Assembly: GCA_963848825.1 (NCBI GenBank)
Contig: CAWKFA010000015.1
Location: forward strand, 1,837,608-1,901,607
Direction of reading: 5' to 3'
Length of the DNA stretch: 64,000 nucleotides
Origin: an uncultured Planctomycetota bacterium
GTDB lineage: Bacteria; Planctomycetota; Planctomycetia; Gemmatales; Gemmataceae
Below the pieces are notes generated by a model, which worked only from the letters and a program-made list of their open reading frames with translations, did not search any database and was not told the DNA's origin. This document shows, piece by piece, positions 1-11,063 of this stretch (the first letter of the stretch is position 1; each line of letters begins with the position of its first letter). A program made the translations under genes and the position numbers.

Positions 1-2
1 CG

Positions 3-206
3 GTCAGCCCGCATGACCGGGTAGCCCTGCGCTTGCGCTGGGACAAGGCGCTGGCGGACGTGTCGATAGAAGTTGTCGCCAATAGCGGTGAGATTGAACT
101 GAAAGGCAGCGTAAGATCCGCGGAACAGCGCACCCGTGCCACAGAGTTGGCCGAATCGACAGCCGGGGTGGATCGCGTTCTGGTCAGCTTGACGGTTGCC
201 GAGTGA
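3..206 (+). CDS. BON domain protein, C-terminal part (5' end outside window)
   Basis: In-frame translation ...VANSGEIELKGSVRSAEQRTRATELAESTAGVDRVLVSLTVAE* has the typical BON (OsmY-like) domain end; stop TGA 204-206. Confidence 0.45.
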   Translation, partial: VSPHDRVALRLRWDKALADVSIEVVANSGEIELKGSVRSAEQRTRATELAESTAGVDRVLVSLTVAE

Positions 207-222
207 AAGTAGGCGAGCATTT

Positions 223-375
223 CCCGTAGGGTGGCGTCGAGCGTACTCGCGCTGACCCACCGAAATACCCGATCGCGCTGAATTAATTCCCGAAACGCCG
301 TTCCTCGGATCGCGAACACGATTGTGTGCCGATTCCGGTGGGTCAGCGCGAGTACGCTCGACGCCACCCTACGGG
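223..375. repeat. MITE-like palindromic element copy 1: perfect 37-bp terminal inverted repeats (226-262 / 336-372) flanking a 73-bp core
   Basis: gtagggtggcgtcgagcgtactcgcgctgacccaccg ... cggtgggtcagcgcgagtacgctcgacgccaccctac read directly; the same TIR recurs at 38394-38526, 58683-58719 and degenerate at 15745-15780. Confidence 0.75.
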
Positions 376-448
376 AATAGGAAAAGCAAACGGGGACAAG
401 ACTTGGGTCTTGTCCCCGTTTGTTTTTAGACAAAGGCTGGTTTACGCA

Positions 449-2101
<1,653 letters not shown>

Positions 2102-2128
2102 TTATTTGAAATTTAAAATGTCGCCGGC

Positions 2129-2419
2129 CTAATCCATCACCGCCAGGATATCCTCTTCACGCATCAAAAGAATGTTGTCCGTGCCCCGCGCCTTGTATTC
2201 ATCACCAGCCCACGCGGTAAAGAGAACGGTATCGCCCACTTTGACCTGCAAGCCACGACGAGTGCCGTCCTTGAGCATGCGGCCGCTGCCGATGGCCATC
2301 ACCTTGCCCTGTTGTGGTTTGTTCTTGGCGGAATCCGGCAACAAAATGCCCCCTGCCGTCTTGTCCTCCGCGTCGTGTCGTTTGACGACAACACGATCTC
2401 CCAGCGGCTTCACATTCAT
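2129..2419 (-). CDS. groES: co-chaperonin GroES
   Basis: MNVKPLGDRVVVKRHDAEDKTAGGILLPDSAKNKPQQGKVMAIGSG...; ATG at 2419 preceded by GGAGA RBS; the ORF-track start at 2470 is an upstream in-frame extension. Confidence 0.95.
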   Translation of the reverse strand: MNVKPLGDRVVVKRHDAEDKTAGGILLPDSAKNKPQQGKVMAIGSGRMLKDGTRRGLQVKVGDTVLFTAWAGDEYKARGTDNILLMREEDILAVMD

Positions 2420-2618
2420 TTGGGAATCTCCTTGGTAGCCAACAATGGAACGTGCAGCCGTGCTTTGCAATTCCCGTGCCTAGACGGCGAGACGCCATAA
2501 CTGTAAACGCAATAGTGTGTTGGGATTTTTGGCCGTGCCTCACGGCTCATGAAATAAACTGCCAGATGAGGCACGCCCGGCGATAAATCTGCCGGAATGG
2601 CAGGTTGCGAGCGCCCCG

Positions 2619-4279
2619 TCATTCCTTCGCGGTGCGCCCCTGCCAAATAAGTACGACGATGAGGGTCAAGATTAATATGCCCACGACAACAATCGGCCAA
2701 AACTTCCCGCTCGCGAGGGGCGTGGTTTGCTTCGCGGCTGGCGCGGTGACGTTGGGCAAGGGGCCAGCCTCCGCTTGCATCGGACCTTCCAGGACGTTCT
2801 TGTGGAGGGCCGTGATGCGGTCGAGGTCGGCGATTGTGCGGCCGAGGTAGATGTGATCGTAAAGACCCTGGCCCAAACCAGCCATGGGTGCGAAGCTGAT
2901 GCCCGTGACCGTCATGGGGCCAAAGTCCTCGAACAGATCGCGCGTGACCATTTGCCATTGGCGGGGTGGCTCGTCGGCGATGCGCGTCATGGCGCCCCAG
3001 GCTTTGGTTTTCTCGCTTACCTCGCCGGCATAATAACGGTGCCACTGTTGGGCTGCGCGAAAAGCTGCAGCATGATGCCCGGGGCCACCGTGCGTTTCCA
3101 CGCGAAGCGTAGATAGCGATACTGCCCTAACCTGGGCTCCGCCGCGATTTGATAACGCCAGAACGGCATGGCCGCCTGAAAGCGCTGAAAGGGGGTAACG
3201 ACAAGGGCGGACTTTCCCGAAAAATGGCTTTGCTCCGTTTGAAAAGCTATGCTGCCATCGTTGGCGCCGACATTGTTCAGGTTGTCGATGTAAAGTGTGA
3301 TGTCATCTTCCAAAAGCTCCACGACGGCTTGCTGCTGCTCCCACTCCGCTTCAGTTAGTTCGGGTAGTCCGTGGGCAGACAGCGTAAACTCCTTCGCATC
3401 AGGGGAAGTCTCCGAGGTCAACTCAAAACCGACCGTTTCCTTGCGGTCGATCAGCGCAACGCTTTTTGGGCCATTCGCCGGACCCTGGGTGCCCACTGTG
3501 TGCCAGGTGAGGATGGGCATTTTCGCCGTGAAGTCGTATTCAAATTGGCCTGCAGTCTTTATGCCGCCATTTTCCGAGGCATAATCCAGGATCACCCAGT
3601 CGTGAGCCGGATCGACGCGAAATGTACCTTTACGGACGGCGGCCGAACCTTCCTTGGAAGCCGGGGGCCCATAGGCCACCTTCAGCGCTTGTTCCTGCCC
3701 GGGAGCCGGGTCGGGGGTGACGCTGAGCATGTTGAATGCCGGAAACTTCTGCAAGTTCGTCAAGGCAATGCCGGACAGATAAAAGTTGGGGGCAAGCGCC
3801 CGCCGCATTCTTTCTCGCAATGCCGCGAGCTGAGGCTCGGACTGCAGAGCAAAAGACAATTTGGTGATGTGCCAAAAGTTTTCGCTTCCCGCAGTCAGCG
3901 AAAAGGCATATTTTGGATTCGCGCATTCGATTGACCAAGGATCGCTGCCGTTCGCGAGAGTCCACTTTTTCCACCACCAAACGGAACCGGTCGCCTGCTT
4001 GAATTTGGATTGGAGCGAAGTGGACTCGCGGTCCTTGGCGGTGAATACAGTGGTTGCGAGGGAACTTCCCTGCAGCGTGTCGATGAACTCGGCATAGCGC
4101 TGCCAGGCCTTGGGAGTTTCAGCCCGGAAACGAGCAAGCTGGTCTACCTCCACGGGATCTTGACGCGCCGCACCGACAAAATTGCCTGGCAGGAAACCGG
4201 TCGCTATCCACAGGATGCCGCAGGCCAGTTGCTGGACAGCGGCACGCGCGACGGGCGAAACGCGATTTGCATGGGGCAT
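2619..4279 (-). CDS. hypothetical membrane-anchored protein (ORFs 3017-4279 and 2619-3101 overlap by 84 nt in different frames; probably one about 560-aa gene with a frameshift near a cccgggg run)
   Basis: Both pieces have protein-like GC3-rich codon usage; N-terminal hydrophobic segment and C-terminal TM helix FWPIVVVGILILTLIVVLIW; no recognisable domain. Confidence 0.4.
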
Positions 4280-4399
4280 ATGAATTTCCTGAAGGTGTCC
4301 GCCAGAGAAGAGCTAACAACACGAGCGCCCGGCCCAGACCACCGCTTGGCCTCTCGAATCTACTATGAAGCCATGCTGCGCTCCATGGTTTACAGTGCA

Positions 4400-5137
4400 C
4401 TAAAACCCGCCCCGGCCGCGGTTCAGTTTCGCCAGCGTGTCAATGACCACGGGATCGTTGGGGAAAAGCGGCACCGCATAAGCGAGCCCGTGGCGCAGGC
4501 CGTGCAGACTGGCGCGAAGCGTTTGCAGGCGGATGTAATCGCGGGTACGCATTTGCGAGGCATGCGCTTCCATGGCGGCAGTCCAGGCCGCGACGATTTC
4601 AGGTGCCCCGATGTCGAACAGGATTGGCGTCACGTCCTTCGGCTCAGCGTCGACGGTCAGTGCATAGTAAAACAGGTGATCGATGGCATGCGGCGGCAAA
4701 CCGCGCAGCTCCGTGATGCCGCCGTAACGCGCCAGCCGCGCGGCGTCCCGAATCAATTGTCCCAGGCGGAAATGGTCGGGGTGTTGGTTTTCGACCAGCG
4801 TGGGCGCCAGCACAATGCCCGGCTTCAGCCGGCGCAGGACCAGTGCCAGGTTGATGGCATGTTGGGCCCGAACCTCCAAGTGGGAATCGCCATCGAGCTC
4901 GACAAATTCGAGAGAGGCACCCAGGATTTGCGCGGCTTTCTCGGCTTCGGCCGTGCGCTCTGCCGGCGTGCCATTGGTGCCGGCCTCGCCGCGCGAGCAA
5001 ACGACGAGATGGGCCGCACGGCCGGAGCGCGTTTCGCGCGCAATCACGCCGCCGCAACCGAACTCGATATCGTCCGGGTGGGCGCCGAAAGCCAGGAGCG
5101 GCTTGAGGTCAGGAGTCGGGTCCTGTGTAGGCTTCAT
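4400..5137 (-). CDS. PIG-L/LmbE family N-acetylglucosaminyl deacetylase (BshB/MshB-like)
   Basis: LLAFGAHPDDIEFGCGG zinc-binding motif near the N-terminus, HPDH motif later; start taken at MKPTQDP (5137); the ORF track extends to 5227. Confidence 0.8.
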   Translation of the reverse strand: MKPTQDPTPDLKPLLAFGAHPDDIEFGCGGVIARETRSGRAAHLVVCSRGEAGTNGTPAERTAEAEKAAQILGASLEFVELDGDSHLEVRAQHAINLALVLRRLKPGIVLAPTLVENQHPDHFRLGQLIRDAARLARYGGITELRGLPPHAIDHLFYYALTVDAEPKDVTPILFDIGAPEIVAAWTAAMEAHASQMRTRDYIRLQTLRASLHGLRHGLAYAVPLFPNDPVVIDTLAKLNRGRGGF

Positions 5138-5885
5138 CGGGTCGCTCGATCGTGTCTCGATTGACATAGGTGATTTCCGGTGCGTCTTCCCTGGAAAGAT
5201 ATGCCTGCTCGCTCGCTCCGGCGACATAATGTGTGCAATGAAGGACCGATTGCATCCAGCGCAAACGGCTATCGCGCGTCGGGCTGATCTGCTCCACGGT
5301 GAAGGAACTGGCCGGAAAGCTCACGTAAACGTCGCCACCCTCGTGCAACTTGAAGACGCCATCCGCGGGCCTTGCTCGCACGATTTCGCCGGCATAGGGG
5401 ACGTCGACGAAAAAATCGTCGATGGCGCAGGCGGCCCGCCGCAAGGCGGGGTCGCCCGAGCGTGCCACGCGCATGCCGTCCAGGAGGCCCATGTGCCGAT
5501 ACATCTCGAGGCAAAAGTCGGCGACATTGTCGGCCCTGGTGTTCTTGAAAGCTTCGACCCAGTGTGGGTCGACGAAGTGCCGCAATTGCAGGGCGGTCTT
5601 CGCCTGCCAATCTTCAGGGATTTTCTTCAGATAGAGAGGGGAATGCTTGCGCTGTAATTTGTTGACGAAGGTAAAATTGAGCGTCGTCGGCACGCCGGAG
5701 CTGCGCTGGCGCAGGGTGGTGCGCGTCTCGCGCGGATCCTGATCGCTATCGTGGTAAAAAAAGACGATTTCACCACCGATTTCACGCTGCAGGCGACGCG
5801 CGGTCTGAATTTTCGCGTAAAGAAACCGGCGCGGAAAGAAACCGCACGGCTGTTGCCCAAAACAAATGACAGGTGATTCGCTCAT
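5109..5885 (-). CDS. hypothetical protein, translationally coupled between the symporter and the LmbE deacetylase; N-terminal GQQPCGFFP and YHDSDQD motifs weakly resemble the BshC N-terminal region
   Basis: ATG at 5885 overlaps the symporter stop (ATGA); good coding statistics; motif resemblance is from memory only. Confidence 0.45.
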   Translation of the reverse strand: MSESPVICFGQQPCGFFPRRFLYAKIQTARRLQREIGGEIVFFYHDSDQDPRETRTTLRQRSSGVPTTLNFTFVNKLQRKHSPLYLKKIPEDWQAKTALQLRHFVDPHWVEAFKNTRADNVADFCLEMYRHMGLLDGMRVARSGDPALRRAACAIDDFFVDVPYAGEIVRARPADGVFKLHEGGDVYVSFPASSFTVEQISPTRDSRLRWMQSVLHCTHYVAGASEQAYLSREDAPEITYVNRDTIERPDEAYTGPDS

Positions 5886-7603
5886 GCGCTGGGTAATGAT
5901 CCTGTGCGACGGGGAATAAGCCATAGCACGGCCTGAATGACAACGCTAAAGAGGACGCAGGCCGCGCAGCCGATTACGTTGTACCAAAGATAGCCTATTT
6001 CATTTTCGAACCGAAAATACATGAAGATCACCAGCGTTTGCGCGGCCAGCGCGGCCCAAAACACCGCCGTTCCCTGGATGATGCGCAGGAAAAACGCCAC
6101 CATGAACAGGCCAAGCACCACCCCATAAAAGATGGATGCCACGATGTTGGCTGCCTGAATCAAGTTTTCGGTCATGTGGGCGAACAGCGCGAACGAGATG
6201 GCGACGATTCCCCAAAAAGCCATGAAGCACTTCGAGGCGATGACATAGTGCCGGTCGGTGGCGTCACGCTTGATGATATGGCGGTAGAAATCGACAATGG
6301 TCGCGGAAGTGAGGGCATTGAGCTCCGCCGCCTTGGACTGCAAGGCCGCGGCGAAAATGGCCGCGACCAACAGGCCAATAACACCATGGGGCAACTGCTG
6401 GAGCACAAAGGTCATGAAGACATAATCGGTATCGTTTGTTTGCAGATGCGGGTTCGCCTCGGCGAGCTTTTTCTTGGCTTCGCCACGTAGGGACTCGCTG
6501 CGCTTGTGCACCGTGAGTAACTGCGCATAGGCGTCGGCAGTGGCCGTCTCGTCGCCTGTTCGGCGGGCGGCGAGCCAGGCCTGAATCCGTTCTTGCTTCT
6601 CCCCGTGGATCGACGTGAACTCACTTTCCATGGCGCGCAGTTGCTGGCCCGCGCTGCCGTTTAGTTCCGTTTTCCAGGCTGCCTCGTTAAAAAAGAGGGG
6701 CGGCGCCACGAACTGATAAAACACGAAAACCAGCGCCCCCAGCAACAATATGAAGAACTGCATCGGAATCTTCATGATGGCGTTGAACATCAGCCCGAGC
6801 CGGCTTTCTCGTAGCGAGGAGCCGGACAAATAACGCTGCACCTGGGATTGATCGGTACCAAAATAGGACAGGGCCAAGAAAAGGCCCCCCAAAAGGCCCG
6901 ACCAAAAAGTATAGCGGCGCTCAACGTTCAGCGAAAAATCCACTGTTTCAAGTTTACCCAGGCCGTCGGCAACGGTGAGCGCGTCAACCACGGAGAACTG
7001 CGCCGGCAACTTGGTCAACAGGACGATAAACGCCATGGCCATGCCGCCGAAGATCACGGACATCTGATATTTTTGCGTGACCGTGACCGCTTCGCTACCG
7101 CCGGCCACGGTGTAGATCGTGACAATAAGCCCGCTGACGATGATCGTGAGGTCCAGTCGCCAGCCCAGGACAGTGGCCAGGACGATCGCGGGTGCATAGA
7201 TCGTGACACCGGCGGCGATTCCACGTTGCAGCAGGAAGAGGCCGGCGCCGAGAAGCCGTGTCTTGCTGTCGAAACGCTGACCGAGATATTCGTAAGCGGT
7301 ATAGACGTTGAGGCTTCGATACCTGGGAAGAAAGACCGCGGCGATAATGATCATCGCCAGCGGCAGCCCGAAATAATTTTGCACGAAGCCCAGGCCATCC
7401 TGATAGCCCTGTCCCGTCGCGGAGATGAAAGTGATGGCGCTGGCCTGTGTCGCCATGACGGAGATGCCGACGAGAAGCCAGCCAGTGGTCTGATTGCCCC
7501 GCAAATAGCCGCTCAGCGAGCGGCGGCCCCGGGTGCGCCAAATGCCGACCACGGCAATGCCCACGATGCTGCCGATCAGGACCACAAAATCCAATAGATT
7601 CAT
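5882..7603 (-). CDS. sodium:solute symporter family (SSF) transporter
   Basis: 573 aa, about 13 TM segments, N-terminal region typical of SSF (MNLLDFVVLIGSIVGIAVVGIW..., SGYLRGNQTTGWLLVGISVMAT...). Confidence 0.85.
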   Translation of the reverse strand: MNLLDFVVLIGSIVGIAVVGIWRTRGRRSLSGYLRGNQTTGWLLVGISVMATQASAITFISATGQGYQDGLGFVQNYFGLPLAMIIIAAVFLPRYRSLNVYTAYEYLGQRFDSKTRLLGAGLFLLQRGIAAGVTIYAPAIVLATVLGWRLDLTIIVSGLIVTIYTVAGGSEAVTVTQKYQMSVIFGGMAMAFIVLLTKLPAQFSVVDALTVADGLGKLETVDFSLNVERRYTFWSGLLGGLFLALSYFGTDQSQVQRYLSGSSLRESRLGLMFNAIMKIPMQFFILLLGALVFVFYQFVAPPLFFNEAAWKTELNGSAGQQLRAMESEFTSIHGEKQERIQAWLAARRTGDETATADAYAQLLTVHKRSESLRGEAKKKLAEANPHLQTNDTDYVFMTFVLQQLPHGVIGLLVAAIFAAALQSKAAELNALTSATIVDFYRHIIKRDATDRHYVIASKCFMAFWGIVAISFALFAHMTENLIQAANIVASIFYGVVLGLFMVAFFLRIIQGTAVFWAALAAQTLVIFMYFRFENEIGYLWYNVIGCAACVLFSVVIQAVLWLIPRRTGSLPSA

Positions 7604-7761
7604 GAAAACATCATTGGCAACGCGGCCAGCACCACAACCCAGAAAATGAAGACGACAAGCACGAACAGGTAAACCGCCGGCCAGGTGTGCAACACCGGCA
7701 AACCCGTCGCGTCATCGTCGATCGGGGAGGGTGATTGAGGAAGGGGTGAATCCATCAGCAT
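7600..7761 (-). CDS. small membrane protein (53 aa, one TM) translationally coupled to the SSF symporter (DUF4212/YjcH-like accessory subunit candidate)
   Basis: MLMDSPLPQSPSPIDDDATGLPVLHTWPAVYLFVLVVFIFWVVVLAALPMMFS; TGA overlaps the symporter ATG (ATGA); below the ORF-track size cutoff. Confidence 0.4.
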   Translation of the reverse strand: MLMDSPLPQSPSPIDDDATGLPVLHTWPAVYLFVLVVFIFWVVVLAALPMMFS

Positions 7762-7824
7762 GTTTTCCGTGGTGACCTAACTTTCCGCCCTCGCGGCGTC
7801 CTTGGGCTCGACCTGGCCCGGAGA

Positions 7825-10347
7825 TCATTTGCCCAACGATACCAGGTTGGCAAAGATTCGATAGGCACCGGGCACGCCTTCGGGTAGCTGGCGGAACCAG
7901 GAATAGCTGGTGTAGACGAGGTAGCCTTTGCCATGCTGCCCGACGAGCAGGCCGCCTTTCTGCGGGGCATCGCCCGGATCATTGCAGGCGAGCAACGGGG
8001 TGAAACGTTTGTCCCACTGGCTCGGAAAATAGATGGCTCGCTCTTGCACCCAGCCTTCGAAGTCGGCGACGGTGATTTTGTTGGGAGTGTTCATGGCCGG
8101 GTGTTCCGGAGCCAAAAAGGTAATCTTCGCGTCCTTATCGGTAACGCGACTTTGCGAGAGCCCCAGGTCAAACGGCAACAGCTTACTGATGAGCAGGCCG
8201 TTGGGCCGATTGTACTGGACGATCAAGTTGCCCCCTTTTTCCACGAAGGCAAAAAGCGCCGGTATCCCGGCCGTCAGATCTTTGCGGGTGTTGAACGCGC
8301 GCACGCCCGTCACGACGGCATCAAGACCACGCAAGCCTTCCGGCGTCAAGTCCTTGCCCGTCAGCATCCTTACCTTGTAGCCCATCTCCGTTAGACATTC
8401 CGCCACGCTATCGCCGGCGCCAGGCAAATAGCCGACATTTTGCCCGTGTATTGCCAAATCAAGACCAAGCGTCTTGAGGCGGGCGGGTGGCTGCAGTAGC
8501 AGACGCGGCAAATGATCGTAGTGCAGGTCGAGACGCCCGGTTGTCGCCGCTATTCCCCCTATGAGTGCGCACGCCTGGATGCTCCCGGTGGCCGCCGCCG
8601 CCGGCGCGGTGACATTGAAGGTGACCGCGCTCTTGTCGCCGATGGCCTTGAGTTGAATTTGCTGCTCAGGAGGCGATACGCTCCAGCCGGACGGCACGTC
8701 CAGACTCACCTGACCCACGATGCCGGTTCGGTAGGCCGTGACTTCGACGGTCACGGGCCGCCGTCCTCCTGGCGGCACCAGGGCCACGTTGGACGTGAAA
8801 TGTAGCGCGACCGGCGGGATGACTTCCATGCGCCGCCGCGTTTCCTTGTTCTTTTCACCAGGCAATCGTTGCATGGGCTCATCGGCGATCATGAGTACCT
8901 GCCCGCCTATATCAAACACGTGCTCCACGGGAAAAACCGGCGGGTTTTCCGGCCGGCCAATAAGATTGGGGTCGGCAACCTTGTACATGCCGACGCCATG
9001 ATCTTCGCGCAGCCAGTAGGGCTGGCTCAGCGGGGTGTTGGCGGCGAGCGTCTGCACCGACTCCCGCGACGACGGCTCGTTCGGGCGCAGGTCGATGGCG
9101 CTGGCGACTGCCTTCCCGCCGCGGGGGTAACGCGTCGCCACCCAGCGTACTGGGACATTGGCGCGAAGCGTCGCCGTATGGCGCAGTTTCAGCGTTTCAC
9201 CGGCCACGACTTCGGCCTCGGCTATCGCCGTTTCCACTTGCAAACCAAGGCATGCCGCCAAGATGCGCTCGAAATCCACACGCTTTTCGTTGACTAGCAT
9301 GCCGTCGGGCAAATTAGCCAGATTTTTGCTGATTTCGAGAAGAACGGGCACAGACCCGGCGGGATTTTTCGCATCGAATTGCGTGATGGCCTTTTCGGTC
9401 AGGGTGCCGATCACCGCGCCTCCCTTGATTCGGCCCCAGGTGGTATCGATGCCTTCGAATATATCCTTGGTTGCCGGCACTCCCTCGACGACTTGAAAGG
9501 ACTCGGTCCGGCCACCCTTTTTACCGCCACCGGCGCCGCCGCCGAAGTTGCCGAAACCCTGCGTCTTGTGCATGGCCCGGCTGCGGCCCGCGATCTCTCC
9601 AAAGGAAATATTCAATTCGGAATCAGTACCGCCAACGTCAAGTTGTAACTTGCCGCCGGCCTTGGCGCCGAAACCGCCGCCGTTGAGCAACACGCGTTTT
9701 GCCTTCCACGGTGCCAGGTTGTTGAGTTGTTCCGGATAGGCCTTGGGGTCCGCCGCGGCCGTGAAGGCTTCCACGCCGAGGATGCCTGATGCCGTGTGAT
9801 GGCCATGCGTGCCGCTTGGCATGGTGGAGAATTTCGTAATGATCAAGTCTGGCTGAAACGTACGAATGACGCGAACGACATCGCCCAGGACCTCTTGATG
9901 TCCCCACGTTTCCAGTGTCTTGTAGGCATCTTTGGAGAAGCCGAAGTCGATGGCACGCGTGAAAAACTGCCGACCGCCATCCAGACGCCGGGCGGAGAGC
10001 AATTCCTGGGTGCGCAGCACGCCCAGCGTTTCCCCGAATTCGGGCCCAAGCAGGTTTTGACCGCCATCGCCACGCGTGATCGACAGGTAGGCCGTCCGGC
10101 AGCCGCGGCCGCGCACCAAATAGGTGATCAGTTGTGTATTTTCATCGTCGGGATGGGCTGCGATGTGGAGAACGCTCCCCAGCTCGTTAAAGCTGTGAAG
10201 ATCTTGCAAAATGGCGGCAGCCGACGGCGGGTCGGCCGCGCGGCTGCCGCTTGATAAACCAGTCAAAAGCAATGCTCCCGCAGCCAGGCAACCATGGAAC
10301 CAGCGCATGCCGCCCCCCGACTGCCGTGACCTAAGGGCCGCTTTCAT
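7825..10347 (-). CDS. secreted LmbE-like (PIG-L) deacetylase fused to a C-terminal ThuA/class-I-glutamine-amidotransferase-like domain
   Basis: Signal peptide after MKAALRS.../MRWFHGCLAAGALLLTGLSS; HIAAHPDDE motif; C-terminal DAVVTGVRAFNTRKDL...GGNLIVQYNRP ThuA-like. Confidence 0.7.
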   Translation of the reverse strand: MKAALRSRQSGGGMRWFHGCLAAGALLLTGLSSGSRAADPPSAAAILQDLHSFNELGSVLHIAAHPDDENTQLITYLVRGRGCRTAYLSITRGDGGQNLLGPEFGETLGVLRTQELLSARRLDGGRQFFTRAIDFGFSKDAYKTLETWGHQEVLGDVVRVIRTFQPDLIITKFSTMPSGTHGHHTASGILGVEAFTAAADPKAYPEQLNNLAPWKAKRVLLNGGGFGAKAGGKLQLDVGGTDSELNISFGEIAGRSRAMHKTQGFGNFGGGAGGGKKGGRTESFQVVEGVPATKDIFEGIDTTWGRIKGGAVIGTLTEKAITQFDAKNPAGSVPVLLEISKNLANLPDGMLVNEKRVDFERILAACLGLQVETAIAEAEVVAGETLKLRHTATLRANVPVRWVATRYPRGGKAVASAIDLRPNEPSSRESVQTLAANTPLSQPYWLREDHGVGMYKVADPNLIGRPENPPVFPVEHVFDIGGQVLMIADEPMQRLPGEKNKETRRRMEVIPPVALHFTSNVALVPPGGRRPVTVEVTAYRTGIVGQVSLDVPSGWSVSPPEQQIQLKAIGDKSAVTFNVTAPAAAATGSIQACALIGGIAATTGRLDLHYDHLPRLLLQPPARLKTLGLDLAIHGQNVGYLPGAGDSVAECLTEMGYKVRMLTGKDLTPEGLRGLDAVVTGVRAFNTRKDLTAGIPALFAFVEKGGNLIVQYNRPNGLLISKLLPFDLGLSQSRVTDKDAKITFLAPEHPAMNTPNKITVADFEGWVQERAIYFPSQWDKRFTPLLACNDPGDAPQKGGLLVGQHGKGYLVYTSYSWFRQLPEGVPGAYRIFANLVSLGK

Positions 10348-10426
10348 GAGCTCGTACCTCTTGGAACCGGTGACGAGTTTGAACACCAGTTGAAAACCGC
10401 CCGCCACGTGCCGCGCAAGCTCGCAG

Positions 10427-10978
10427 TTACTTCTTTACGTTCGAGAAGGGCACGGAAAACTCGGTCGTTTCCCACGTGATCTTCAGAACGCCACCCTCCG
10501 GTGCCTTGTCGAGGGCCATCGTGAACTGATCGACCTGTTTCTCGACGGAGCTTTTCTTCATGTCAACGCGGGCCAAATCGTTCTTTTCATCGACCGGGAT
10601 GCCCCAGCCGCCGGTTTTCTTGCTGATGGCCAGTTTGGTTGGGCCATTTTCCATCGGAACTGTGTACAGCGTGTAGGTGCCGGCGGGAACGGTCGCGTCG
10701 CCAACCATGATGGGCTGCTGCGTGGTCAGGGTGGTGGCCTCGTCGGCACCGGTGCGCCAGGCCTTACCGTAGGGAACCAGGGTGCCCCAAACCTTACGGA
10801 TCTGGCCGTCCTTGGGGGATTTGGAATAGGGTCGGCCATACGTTAACGTCACGCGGTTGCCGCCAGTGACTAAACTGATGGTCTCATGCGGGCTGACACG
10901 GGCCTTTTGGGCGTTCGCCGGCAAAGCGATGATAAGCCCGCCCGCGATGACGACAAGTGCGATACTGAATTTCAACAT
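10427..10978 (-). CDS. secreted protein, DUF2911-like
   Basis: Signal peptide MLKFSIALVVIAGGLIIALPANA; TYGRPYSK...LVPYGKAWRTGADEAT motif typical of DUF2911. Confidence 0.5.
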   Translation of the reverse strand: MLKFSIALVVIAGGLIIALPANAQKARVSPHETISLVTGGNRVTLTYGRPYSKSPKDGQIRKVWGTLVPYGKAWRTGADEATTLTTQQPIMVGDATVPAGTYTLYTVPMENGPTKLAISKKTGGWGIPVDEKNDLARVDMKKSSVEKQVDQFTMALDKAPEGGVLKITWETTEFSVPFSNVKK

Positions 10979-11063
10979 GACGACTCCTCAAAGATTATGG
11001 GGTGATACGCGAGAGCATTAATCTATCATTCGGTGGTGGCTCAGCCGACATACTTCCGCATGC

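Noticed and set aside
2420-2620. CIRCE/HrcA operator upstream of groES
   Set aside because: No TTAGCACTC-N9-GAGTGCTAA-like inverted repeat found on either strand; only a short gccgtg/cacggc hairpin.
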